Of a DNA stretch of 64,000 nt, positions 27,164 to 51,548 are shown piece by piece (positions within the stretch are counted from its first letter, which is position 1; each line of letters starts with the position of its first letter). This DNA is from Pocillopora damicornis (Eukaryota): the NCBI RefSeq assembly GCF_003704095.1, contig NW_020846320.1:1-64000 (forward strand). Reading direction: 5' to 3'. The notes beneath the pieces were generated by a model. It was not told where the DNA came from. It did not search any database and saw only the letters and a list, made by a program, of their open reading frames with translations. The translations under genes and the position numbers were made by a program.

Positions 27164-28132
27164 CACTTAGATTAATGATTCATTGAACGCGCTGAAAACG
27201 ATTTATTACAATCAAAAGACTATCAATGTGTACCAGAACACCCATAGTGGTCATTTAAATAAAAGATTAGACGTCGTGACATTTGTTTGTCGAATATGCC
27301 TTCCGGTAACCGAGAGCCATCCCGTCACCTAAACTTATTTGACCAGTTGAATCGAGTGGATAAGCTTTAGTTAACGACAGCACCTTTAATTAAAGGTGAG
27401 TATTTGACAAAGTTTACCTGCTTCTTTTCCACGTTGATGAAGCTTTCATCTGATCGGATCAATGATTAAAGAAACTTGTGGAAGCGAAAGAGAGTTATCA
27501 GATCTTGTAGGGGGGCTTAACTGTAATGTGGAATAAAATCAACTTGGAACCACTGCCTTCTTCAAATTTCCTCTTTATTGACATTATAGTTTGATTTTAG
27601 TAATTTCGTGAAAAATTAGATAAAGCTTCAAGATTGGCAAACGGACTGGCTCCAATTTATAGGTCACTTTAAAGGTCTGAACAAAATGAGGCCAAGAGCA
27701 AAACTTAAACATTATGAAAATTAGTTCATCTACATGGGAATAAAAATTAATTTCATATCAAAGGTCACTCTTATCCTCATTTCCATAGAGGAACTTCAAG
27801 TATCTTTTGATATACTTTCGACTTCATATTGGAAACAACAATAACAACACTGATCAGCCTAAACGAGAATTTGACGTGCAAAAACAAAATTTAGAGAATT
27901 CCTAGCTGTTTGCTGATGTAGCACACTACAAAAAGTTAAAATGATTATCCTTCAACTCTGTCCCCGTAGGAGAGAGCTTTGGAGTTCATCAGAGGCTGTT
28001 TGATTTCAATCTACTCTTTTGATCGCCATACATTCGTGTTGTCTAAAAATTGTAATTGGAAGTGTCCATTACATGAATTTCTATTTTGATATAAAACTGT
28101 TTATGTTCTGGCATGGGAAAAAAGTTTTAATA

Positions 28133-37000
<8,868 letters not shown>

Positions 37001-38214
37001 GCTAGAGCACCTAACTGAACCCTCGTGTGTTCTGAATAGTGGACTCTGGTTGGTCCATAAGGGCTTGAGCCTCCAAAGCGCACGCGCAGTCCGTCCAAAA
37101 ATTACCCGCGAAAACATGCTAAAGATTCCGCGAAAATGATCAAGACAAATAAATTTTCTTTCATTCGGCTGACCTCCATAGCCACTTGATCGATTCCTTG
37201 CGCATTAAATGCTTGAAATTAAACTTCAGTATGGAAATTCAGGCCGAATAGTGGTCTCTTTCCTCGCAAAACCACCAGTGCCACACGTACTCGCATATTA
37301 CGATCCTCTGTCCTCCTTTGAACTCGATTTCTCCCGATATTCGTACCCAGCTCTCCTCTGGAATATTCAAAAAGGGACGGGAGAGTGGGGAACTTGGTTG
37401 CGCAAGGGTTCAGCGTGTGCCGTAAGAATAGCTCCATTATGTTTTGCTTTATTTGTCTATTTATCAATTGTTTCGTCTATATATTTTTGATGTTTTGAGC
37501 TGTGGGTGCTGGACAGAGAAATAGAGGAAATGCAAAATTTGTTTCCTAAACCCCTGCAGGTCTCTAGAATCCCAAGTCTTGAATCAATTCTTTTTTCAGT
37601 CAACTATGACCAGGGTCATCTCCAATAATCTTTGTATTACACCAGCTCCAGGGTGAAATTCCTGTGACAAATTATTCACAGAGACCAACAGCATCACACA
37701 GGCCACCCAATCTATGAAGACAACTAGGTATGAGTCAGCACCATACTCCCTGATTAAAAACCTCTCAGGCATTTCATAGGGAAGGTGGGGAGGAGGGTAT
37801 CTAACAAATCATGTCAAAAATGTTGATTTCCACAAGTCAGATATCGACACTGAAATGATCACTCAGTAACAGCTGGGAAAGAAAAAACCGAAAAAACAGT
37901 TGTTAATAATGAGCAGTCAATTTTGAATCAACAGGGAGGGTCAAGTCACCCCTAAAACAATTTTTTAGAAAGACAATTTTCCACCAGGCAGATTTTTCAG
38001 TTCTAAATTTTATTGTGCCACTTGGCATATGTAGCTAACTAACAGTAAATATAGTGTCTAGTGTTCAAGAAAATAGTCTCTTGAATTTGCATTTAGAGTA
38101 AACAATGTAATATTACCCAATTTCTATAAAAATTTAAGGATATAAATATATTTATTGTATAAATAAAAATTGATGGTGCACATAGAGATAACTTGCATTT
38201 TAAAACAATTTTCA

Positions 38215-40865
<2,651 letters not shown>

Positions 40866-41366
40866 TTAATGTCTAAATTATTAAAAGAAGCTTTTGACGG
40901 TTTCGAATCAGTCAAGTTAATTCAGCTGTTAGTTCATTGGCGGTTGCCACAAAGATTTCTTTTCTCTTAGGCGCTGACGTGTCTCTCCTTAATGTAAATC
41001 GCGTACAAATGCGAACTGCCTACCTCGTTATCAGAGTTAAATTTAGCTACAAAAACTTCAAAGAGATAACAACAAGGATAAATTTTCTGTTGTTCTCATT
41101 TTGTTACAAAGAAAAAAAAATTGAAGTAAAAACTGAAGTAGAAATACTACAGATCAAAAGTGAAACTTCCGCCAAAGGGGTTTATCAAGTTATTTTGGGA
41201 ATTTGGAAGATTCACATGTACTTACAAGAACAATTTAACTTCCACTGTCCAAAAGAACTACGTGTGCAAGTAGTTCCCAGGACTAACGCGGTTTGGAACA
41301 ATATGGCGGCCAGATGATTGGTTGGAGCATAGACGAACATAACATTTTTAAATTACAAGCGAAGAC

Positions 41367-44300
41367 ATGGTAATCCTTAAGTTAATGACTACGTTGTGTT
41401 AAATTCAGATTCTTTTAATACAGCAGACTAACTGTCTATTTTTGATTAATGCCATTAGAATTAAAGGAAAGTTTAGCAGTTAAGCAGAAATCTTTGTTGT
41501 TAAATCTCTTATCTAAGGTGGTGTATATGATTGTTTTGTTTACTCAGCATGGAAGAATCAAAGTACGTACAACAGCTGAACAAGCTGAAGCGAAGAGAAA
41601 AGAAAGGGAAAAGAAACTGAAAATTTACACAGAAACAACAAGCCGCATCTATGAAAAGGTAATATGTTTTTTCATTGCTTGACCCATTTTTTTCACTCCC
41701 ATTCCGATGAAAATTCTTCCTACTGTCCGTCATACATTTTTTATAAAGTCTGTATTTTCTGAGAATTTGATGTTCAAGTGAGGTCAACTAAAAATTCCCC
41801 TAATGGATATTTTTCTTTATTCTCATCACTTTTCTGCTTGATATTGTATTGATATTATATGCAGAAATTCTCCCTTGGTCACTCATGGGGGTTTAAGGGT
41901 TGAACCCTTCTTGAAATGAAAATTCACATTCATCATGAAAGTGCCAATTGAAGTATCTTAAAACATGCTGAACTTTCAATGTTATGTGGAAGGACTTGCG
42001 GTTGGCAGTTTCAATACCTTCTTGATTCTGGAGTGCTGGAGTAAGAGTTAACAGAATAGGACCATTAATTTGTTTGTTGTACATACATATATCTTCAATT
42101 AACAACTATTTCATGAGTACAGATTGGATGTGAATTGGCTATAACCAATCTTGAATCCAACAAGAGAATATAGAATAATTATTTTATTGAATTTCATTAA
42201 ATCCTACTCATTTGTGTAATTAGAGAATAAATGTAAAGCCAAATTTCCCACTCCAAAAGTGTTGGTGCAATGCAGTGTTAGTGAAGTGAACCAATCAGAA
42301 CACTCAAAATACATTATTCAAAATGTAATATTTGGATCACTGTGTTAAAAGCACCTTTATTGCACATGGAGTTTGTTAATGCAATAGAAACAAATGTTTT
42401 AAGGTTACCACAAAGAAAAATGAGCAATCATGTACCAAACAAACAAGCAAACAAACAAGTAAATAATGATTTGCTGATCGGGTTTTCCATTTTTTCAGAG
42501 AAAGAATGGAGAAATGGACAAGGAATCTCTCTCTTTGTCTGAACAGGTCCTTGCAGCTAATCCAGACTTTTCAACTCTGTGGAACTTCAGGAGAGAGATT
42601 TTCCTCCATAAGAGAGATGAGAAGTAAGCACTGCTAATTGATATACTGAGTGAATTGACAGGAAAGCCACCTGACTACTGGCTGTTGGTATATAAATCAA
42701 TATTGTTTCACCATTTGATAAATGTAATGTTGATTAATTTTTAAGTCCACCAGATGTAATACAAGACCTTTGCACGAAGGAGTTGTATTTCCTCAAGAAC
42801 TGTCTCCAGGTGAACCCAAAATCATATGGTGTTTGGTACCACAGACAATGGATCATGGAATTCATGCCTCAGTCTAACTGGAAGGAAGAATTGCAACTTT
42901 GTAATAAGTTTCTATCATATGATGAGAGAAATTGTAAGTTCATCACCACAATTTTATCAAAGATAATGAGAAAGAGACAATCACGCATAAATTCTCACCT
43001 TCTAATCTGATGTTTTATGAAAACGGTCTTTTTTCTAGAGCATGGTCTTCATTGTTTGTGTTCTCCTGGTTGTTTAACCCTCCTTATTGTCTACCAAACG
43101 ATTCTCATTATGTTAGTTTGGAGAATTTGGTATCAAATCAATTAGTAATCCCATAATTGATATTTTTCTTTATTCTCATCACTTGTCTGCATTATATTGT
43201 ATAGATATAGTAAGGAGAAATTCTGTCTTGGTCACTCATGGGATTTGAGGGGTTAACTCATCACTCATTATTACAATTGGAGGGCTCAGAGCAAGAACGA
43301 TCCCTTGATTTTTCGGCCATTTTTTAAAGTGTTCAGAAGTAGTTGAATTTTGGCATGTGGACACTTTCAAAAATGGCCGAAAAATCAAGGGATCGTTCTT
43401 GCTCTGAGCCCTCCAATTATGATTGATGTACCACATATATTTAGCCTTAACACTGAACAAGATCAACTGAAATATAAAAATTCTGCAGAACAGTCTGTCC
43501 TGTGCTAATGACTGTTCAGATAGTGGTGATAGCACCAACCTCCAATTTGCTATGATTCTTCCAATTGATTATTATTTGTTGGCCAGTGTTAGAAATTTGG
43601 TGTTAAATCCAAATAATTTGTTCAACATACTCCTTTTAAAATTCTAGTACTCCTCTGTCGGTCACTTATGGAGTGATAGATGAAGTAAAGAACACTTTAA
43701 ACCTCTTCTTTGATAGTTTGACATAAATTCTGCCACCTTTTAACATCTTCTGATCAATTTTATTGAGAGATTTTGTTCATTTTACCCAGTTCACTGTTGG
43801 GATTACAGAAGATACACAGTACAGAAAGCAAATGTATCACCGCATGATGAATTCAACTTTAGCACAGAGAAGATCAAAGAGAATTTCTCCAATTATTCCT
43901 CATGGCATTACCGTAGCAAACTTCTTCCATTGATTCATCCTGATCAGAGTGGAGACAGAGAGAGAGTGGAAGAGGGAGCACTCATGAAAGGTATAACTAA
44001 TATACTGTTAAACTCAGAAAGAAGTAACTTACAATACATTGACGGGAATCCAGACCACCCAGACAAATGAATGAAAACCGATAAGAGGACAAAACTGAAA
44101 CAATAGATTCCAACCTTTTCAAATCCAGTAAATACATATTTGAAATGTAGAGTTAAAGACATTTAAATCTCAACTCACTTATAAACAGTGTCAGGTAAAT
44201 GGCAAGTTTACTTCCTTGGTGTTTTAGACAAGCACTTCAATCAACTGCTGGTGTAACTTCACTGACAGGACTTGCTTGCATAGCATACTATTACCACACT

Positions 44301-47300
44301 TAATCATAACCATTACAAATTCCTCAAATTTTTTGGGTGCATTTGCAGCTTCATTTTTTACTAATCATTCTGTACAATTTTAATCAGACAGTGTAATCGG
44401 ACAGTTTGCTGTAATAAGACACCAGTAATCAGACAGTTGAAGCAGCCAACCGTCTTAAGCTAATCAACCAATCACAGAAATGATCAAAATAACCATAGAA
44501 ACAACCACTTATCCGAAGGAAAACTGGGGAATTTCCAAAATGGAGGAATTTTGAACTAAATACATTGTCTCCACTTGAGATATTTGTTCTAAGTGTGTTA
44601 ACGTTTTTTTGGAAATTGAAATGGTTATGACTAATTGGTAACAAGTGATTGACATAATCAGAAGACCGCAAAGTGGTTATCCAATTTGTTAATCATGAGT
44701 ATGGTTACAGACAGAATTGAATGACAAGAGGCGCTGTTACCATTATGAACAAAGTGATATACAAAGCGTTATTTACCCTCTAAATTATTAGCCAGGGTGT
44801 TCTTTGTCAAAATATGATAAAAATTTTAATTTACTTTAAAAACCTGCAGATAAGCCACACCATTTTTCCAAAAACCATTGCTAGAAATCGGGGGTGCAGC
44901 TTATCTGCAGGAACATTTGAAAAAGGTGTGCCATTTTCGCGTACAATTTAATGCCTGGGTACTAAGCTTGGAATGTTCCACTCACACTCTTGTTGTAATG
45001 CAAAAATCTATAGAAAAACTGTGTTGAATGAAGAAATTCCTGTCCACAAATACCAGAAAAAGATCAATCATATGTCAAAGTTGATAGAAACAATGTTCAT
45101 TATATTAAAGTGCTAAAATTGTGGGCAAGACTTTGAAGTATTTTCCATTGCAATGTTAATAGTGAGTTTACATTCAATGAACAGTGGATGAAGAAGACTT
45201 CTTAAGGCTCAACTTTGGACTTCTTTTAATTTTTTTCAAAAAACTTTTTTTCCAAAAATTTGAGCCACTATATTAAGGGTGCAGCTTATCTGCGGGTTTT
45301 TACAGTAGTTGTTAATTACACCCTAACATCAGTATCCATATTCTCCTTACTCTCCTCTATATGCTTCTTTTGGTACTGACAAGGAGAACACATTCAAGAT
45401 CTCAGCCTCTTAGTTTGGCAATCGTTTCCTTTATTCTCATGATCTTAGTGAATGATTCAGCAGTATTACTGTTAGGAGAAATGAGATTCTGATCGCTCTT
45501 AGGGTTTAAAGGGTTTAATAGTACTGTTAATTTTGTCATGTTCTATTTCAGAATTTGATCTAGCTCAAAATGCTTATTTCACTGACCCCTATGATCAGAG
45601 TGCTTGGTTCTATCACAGATGGCTTTTGGGGAGAGGTATAATACACTCTATCTTTAGTTGGTGTTTAGTATGGCATATAACTGTACCTTGTTTGAATTGG
45701 AAATCGGGTTCCCAGGGCCTGTTTATAAAAAGGGTGGATATTGCTAGCAAACAGATAAATTGCTATCCAGAGGATTAAGTGTTAAGAAAACCAACTGTTC
45801 TTTCCATCACAGAGAGATCTATCCAATGGATAGAGTTATCCACTCTTTGAACTACTGGGGCTTGGTGACAAATGTACTGAATTGTGGATCAAGAGGTCTG
45901 GGTCCAAGCCCCAATTAGATCACTTTATTCATTTGTGTTCTTGGGCAAAACACTTTATTCTCACAATACCTCTCTCCAACCAGGAGTATAAATGGGTACT
46001 AGTGAACTCATTCACAGAAACCTGACCCTGGTTTTTCTAAGGGTGGATTAATATGCTATTGGCTGGATGAATCTCTATGCGGTCAAAACGCAATACATTT
46101 TGTTAACACTTAGGGCCAGTTATTTACATGACATCCAACCTTAACCATGGTTGTTTACAGTTTTATTAAATAATTGTCCTTCCAAGTGCTAGCTTTTGGC
46201 TCTCTTGATGCTGTTCACAAAAAGAATTGTTCAGATAAAAGGTTCAGCTAAATTGAGCATTGTTTAGAATGCAGTTTTGTTAAACAACAACCAATCTTTG
46301 TTTCATAATCCTCTCATTTTGTGGGTTGGGTTTTATCCATTTGTTGGTATTATCTCCTCTTACCTATCAGGGATAACAATATCTAAGGGGAGGAACAGCA
46401 ATACTCAAAAATTTCTCCATACCACAGATGTTTTAATGAGCTCCAGTAGTGAGGAGTAACAAAGACTTCTCCTTTCTACCTTCTAATCTTTTGATTTTCT
46501 TGGTTTAAAAATTGTCCTGATTGCCCTTGATGATCTTTAACCATCAAATTCCTAATAAGCTATGAGTGATTTATTTAAATTATTGTTTTATATTTTCCAC
46601 AGCCAGACCACAGATGGATATTTTGTGTTTGTATGTTAGGTGTGATGATACACATGCAACAGTCATTGTGAAGTTTACACAGCCAATCCAGGTCAGAAAG
46701 AAAACTAATTTACTCTTAAATTTATTACTGGAACTGAACTCTCCAGACAAGTTTTCAAAACCTTCTAACTTAAGTGTTTGAATCTATACTTCCTGACCAA
46801 AATTTAGAGCTTTTTAGACCTGTGCTTTCAATGTTCTCCTTTTCATGTGGTAAGCAGTAAAATTAGCCACCTGCAGTCCACCTTACAGTTCTTGTAAATT
46901 CAACAGCTGAAAGGATTGCTCTAAGGGTTTGAACATTTACTTTACCTGTTGTGCTTGAAACATCACTGTGCTTTATGAGATGAACCAATAATGCTTTGAT
47001 TCTGTCTCTGCAGGTTCCTAAAGAAGATCCACATGTTTCTATTTGCGGAGATGAGGTCCAAGGTCAATGGAACAACTGTTACTACAACAATCACCCTTCT
47101 ACAGTCTGGATATCCTACTTTATGAGACACATTATTTGACTTGGTTCTTTGTTTTGGTTTTTTTTTTTTTTTTTACTACATAAGTTAATTTCATTTGATA
47201 ATACAAATTTCTCTTCCTCGGAAAAAAGTCCTACCTTTCATCTCACCTTTGAATTCATTTCAAAACTCTGTTGCTTTTGAAACTCCCCACTTCTGAATTT

Positions 47301-50300
47301 CTGGGAAGTAATTTTACATGGGTATTTTTTTGTGATGCAAAAATTATTGTTTTCCCTGGAATTTCAAGGGCTATCAAAAGTGCACCTGACAACACTATCC
47401 AACAGTTGGACTTTTTGATAAGCGAACTTAAAATGGTAATTAAGCTTTAAAATATTTAAAAGCTTTTATGCTTCATACGAATTGAGCTTGGCTCACACAT
47501 TGCGAATTATACCTTGTTAATAATTGAAATCACTCTCTCTCTCTCTTTCTTTTTCACTCTCTATTTTTGCATTAAAGTTGCACATAATTTAACAGTTTTT
47601 GTAAAAATTTTACCCTTTCCCGCAAAGAGAAAAGAATTGTTTTTCTCTAATTGTTATTCAGACCACTTTTTCTTGACAGTATTCAAATTTATAGCTGTGG
47701 GGATGGTCACTCAAATTTTCCAAATGGAACAACAATTGAGGTGAAATTCATGGGAGGTAAACTAGAGAGGTCTGTGGCAGTACCAGAAGGTTTGTGATGA
47801 GTTAAAAATTCAAGCTTGTTGCTATGGGAAAAGTGTTAAGTTAAATGTCTCTCCTTATACCAGAGAAGTGGTTTTAGAATGAGAAGGATCCACTTTCAAG
47901 GAGAGTTAATTTAAAAGTGTCTTGAACTCAAGCCAAGGTGTTCACAATGTTAGAGGAGGGAAAATCTTGGTTTCCTCAGGTTTAAAACAACTGAGAAGAT
48001 TATTACACTATTTACATGGATGTGATGCTAACCTAGCTCAAGTTATACACACCATTTCATCAGGTTTCTCTCTATGTCTTTGGGTGGAGAGATACACTGG
48101 GTGAGGAAAGCGTGACTTGCATTTATTTTCCCACAAAGGTATCACTTCTAAATCAAATATTAGGCTTGTGAGAATTAGGGAAATGATCGCAAACTCGGTA
48201 AGCTCTTGACTTTTAACGAAATTCTCGTTGTCAGTAACATAGGAAACGTAAAAGAACAGTATGGAAATTATTGATGCTGATGTTAGGGTGACAAGGGCTA
48301 AATGCCTTTTGTGTATTTATTGTAGGTGATTCTGAGGTTTGGTCATCTGCAACTGAGTCGCATCTCTTTAGGTATTGAAAATACTCTGGTCTCTATTTGC
48401 TCATCAACTTTTATAGCTTGAAATATACATATCTCGTGGATCAAAACGATTAGGGGTTGGACTCTTGGGCTTGAGGCTTGGCCGGAATTTACATCTTTGA
48501 CGTCGTTTAATGAGGTTTAAACCAATTTTATTGACACCATTTTTAGCTTCCTTGCACTTAACGCTGTAGCGTAAGTCAGTGATTTACTTTCAATTTGTGT
48601 GCTGTGTTTTACTCGTCATCAGAGCGGAGCTCACAGCTGTCCACAGTTCAGTCCTTCAACAGGAGCTAGAATCCTGTCGACTCTTGTTGGAAGAGGAACC
48701 GAATAACAAGTGTAAGTACTCCACAAGTTCAAGGTGGAATTCAGGCCACAGTTGTGGGAGGCAAGCAGTCTCGATGATGCGCCTTTACGGTTCAGCCCGT
48801 TCTCTTACGGATCTGCCATTTCGTCATTCCTTTGAAAAAATATGACAAAGTTGCGGAATATAGCCCCCNNNNNNNNNNNNNNNNNNNNNNNNNNNNNNNN
48901 NNNNNNNNNNNNNNNNNNNNNNNNNNNNNNNNNNNNNNNNNNNNNNNNNNNNNNNNNNNNNNNNNNNNNNNNNNNNNNNNNNNNNNNNNNNNNNNNNNNN
49001 NNNNNNNNNNNNNNNNNNNNNNNNNNNNNNNNNNNNNNNNNNNNNNNNNNNNNNNNNNNNNNNNNNNNNNNNNNNNNNNNNNNNNNNNNNNNNTTGTCGC
49101 AATGTGCACTCGAAGGGTTTAATCCATAACCAATGCTCACTGAAAAACAAAGCGGCTAAACTTGATATGTTTGTAGGGACGATGTTAACAATGGTTTTGT
49201 TAATGCGTGCATTGGACCCGCTTTCACACGAAAAGGAAACAGAGTTGTATTTAGAAAAACTTTCTCAGGTGGATTGCTACAGGCAGGGGTATTACAAAGA
49301 TCTTAGTAAGTATCATCCCACGCTACAAATTACTTGAGGCACTGGTCAGTGACTTCTTGTCCGTCTGACTCCCTGGCTGTCTGACTGACTGGCTGACTTA
49401 ATGATCGGATTCACCTACTGACTGACTGACTGACTGACTGACTGACAAAGAAACCGACCGACCGATCGATCGATCGATCTACTAAATTATGGATGATTAG
49501 CTGAATGATCAATTCACTGACTAGATTGTAAGGCTGACCAAATTACTGAGCGGAAATAATGGCGGAGTGACTAACTGACAGATCCACTGATTGACTTAGT
49601 GACTGAGTAAGTGACCGACACGATTGACAACCGGAAGGAAGAACGGAAAGATGGACTGACTGACTGAATAATCCGCTGTCTGACTGATGAACGGACTGAC
49701 TCACTGACCGATTGAAAACTCGATTAGACTGAACATAATAACTGACTGAATTATTGAATTTACTGGATCACTAACAGTCTGACTCTACTGCAGACTAATT
49801 GAATCAGTCGGCGACCGACGGACTATCTGGGTCGATTAATCGACTGACTGTATGGCTGAATGAAAAGCTTACTGAGCTCTGTCTGACTAACTATTTTTCC
49901 CTACCTGATTGATTGTTGATCGGTCGATTGACTGACTAACTGACTGAACGATTAACGGTCCATCCGTAGACTTAAACTCACCTATAGATTTTATTTCTCC
50001 CAACCTTTAGAAAGGAAATTCAAATTAGAAAACGCCATTGAGAGACACCGCTCAAATAAGGTTCGTGAAATTTTATAAATAGCTTTAGCTTCTGCAACGA
50101 CGTTATTGCGAGAGAAACTTACTGAAATATTTTTAATTGACACATTTGCTTACAAATTCATTCTAAATCTATCTCAGATGACGTTTTTTTTTTTTTGTTC
50201 TTCTTAGGAAGAGACAAGGAGGGAAATTGACCTTTCCAACATGGTAGGTACTCGACACTTTTTTTTCACTTTTCCAATTATCTTTACAACTCGACTTACT

Positions 50301-51548
50301 TTTGATATCGGGTGTGAAATAAATATCTGTCGCAACTCAGACATTTACGGTACCAAGGGTGCCTATACTATCTATTATACAACTTGTAAAACTTCTAAGG
50401 TGATACTAAAATCTCAGACTTCAGAATAATTCATATTTGAATGGCGACCTAATGTGAAGTAACTTTTGCTGTACTTCATTCTGTGATGGGTCCAAAAAAC
50501 TTGCACCACCGTCCCGACCAAACAGTGGAACACTACATTTATTCGGGATTTGATCATTCACGTTTTTCCGTGCTTCGGAAATTCCCTTGTTTTTACTTTG
50601 AGGCTGTTGTAACTATTGTACTTTTTTGGGTTACGATACTCACTCGAATACGCTCTGACACTGTTCTTTGATAGACGTAAGATGTAAGTAAGAGAGAGAA
50701 TTTGCAGGTGACCAATAAGGAGTGCGAATGGTTTAAGTTACCAAGGAGTTAACAGAATTAAAATTTTCCAATAGCTGCATCCTCTGCGCATTTTAGATTT
50801 TAAGCTTTTATCACTGACATATATTTACTTGCAGGACTTGACGTCTTTGTCCCATATGGATCAGCTAGTGCTTATGAAAAACGTCAACTTGTGTCACAAC
50901 CAGCTTACCTCCCTCGACGAGTGTAACATGTTACAATGCGTGCGCACCATGGACGTCAGTAATAATAACCTGCGGTTCATCACTAGACGGCATGCGTTGA
51001 AACTTTTTCTTCTAGAGGAGCTGTCTCTTTCAAATAACAGTATCCTTTTTCTGTTTTAAAAATGTACCATCAAGTGCCATGAGGTACGCACATGGCTCCC
51101 TGTTTCTGAAGCCTTGTTTGTTTTATGTAGACCTGACCCAGAAGGTCTGGGTCTAGAATAACTTGTTAGAGTAGCAGCCTGATGCTGCTGTAACAGAATC
51201 TCGCGGGCTTCTCGCGAAGTTTGCGGGTTCATAAGAAGATCTGAACACTCAAGTGACTCTAGAGTAGTCGCTTATTTCTTTTAGTTGGCAAGTGCTTCGA
51301 GGAAAATTATCTTGTTGGAGGCTAAACGGCAATTTTGTGATAAGATTTCCTTGATAAGAATTCCAGATATTACAAATTTAGATTGTCTAAGAAGTCTCGA
51401 GCACTGCACATCGCTACGGAAGCTCGATTTACGAGGAAATCCATGTTGTCTGTTGCCAGGTTATGGAGATACGGTTAAATCACTTCTAACGAATCTTCAA
51501 GAACTGGATGGTGAACAGATAAAACGAACGCCTTTCATAGCATTATAG
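41367..51548 (+). CDS. RABGGTA: Rab geranylgeranyltransferase alpha subunit (PFTA repeats, Ig-like insert, C-terminal LRRs); about 16 exons
   Basis: The first coding exon is the ATG alone (41367-41369). Then [116 protein letters not shown], and LRR exons at 50835-51039 and 51367-51548. Confidence 0.96.
43275..43418. repeat. Near-perfect intronic hairpin (50-bp perfect arms, ~58 bp with one mismatch)
   Basis: aattggagggctcagagcaagaacgatcccttgatttttcggccattttt ... aaaaatggccgaaaaatcaagggatcgttcttgctctgagccctccaatt. Confidence 0.9.
45712..46030 (+). mobile_element. Degenerate MITE (45712-45861) followed by a CORE-like SINE fragment (~45870-46030)
   Basis: cagggcctgtttataaa...tttgaactactggggc inverted ends with ggata/tatcc subrepeats. 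Then tgtgttcttgggcaaaacactttattctcacaatacctctctccaaccaggagtataaatgggtac. A related fragment lies at ~32990-33035. Confidence 0.5.
47110..47686 (+). other. U12-type intron in RABGGTA starting with AT; 3' end non-AG (AC 47677, AA 47686 or AT 47692)
   Basis: Donor TGG|ATATCCTA and branch-like TTTTCTTGAC at 47668-47677. No in-phase GT-AG pair joins the flanking exons. Confidence 0.8.
49345..49960. repeat. Degenerate (GACT)n/(GATC)n tetranucleotide repeat tract
   Basis: Perfect (actg)n core at ~49417-49447, with decayed units over ~600 bp. Confidence 0.85.
51040..51366 (+). other. U12-type GT-AG intron, last intron of RABGGTA
   Basis: Donor GTATCCTTT. Branch site TTCCTTGAT (51347-51355) ends 11 nt before the intron end. 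The frame is preserved (SNN-NITNL). Confidence 0.92.
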
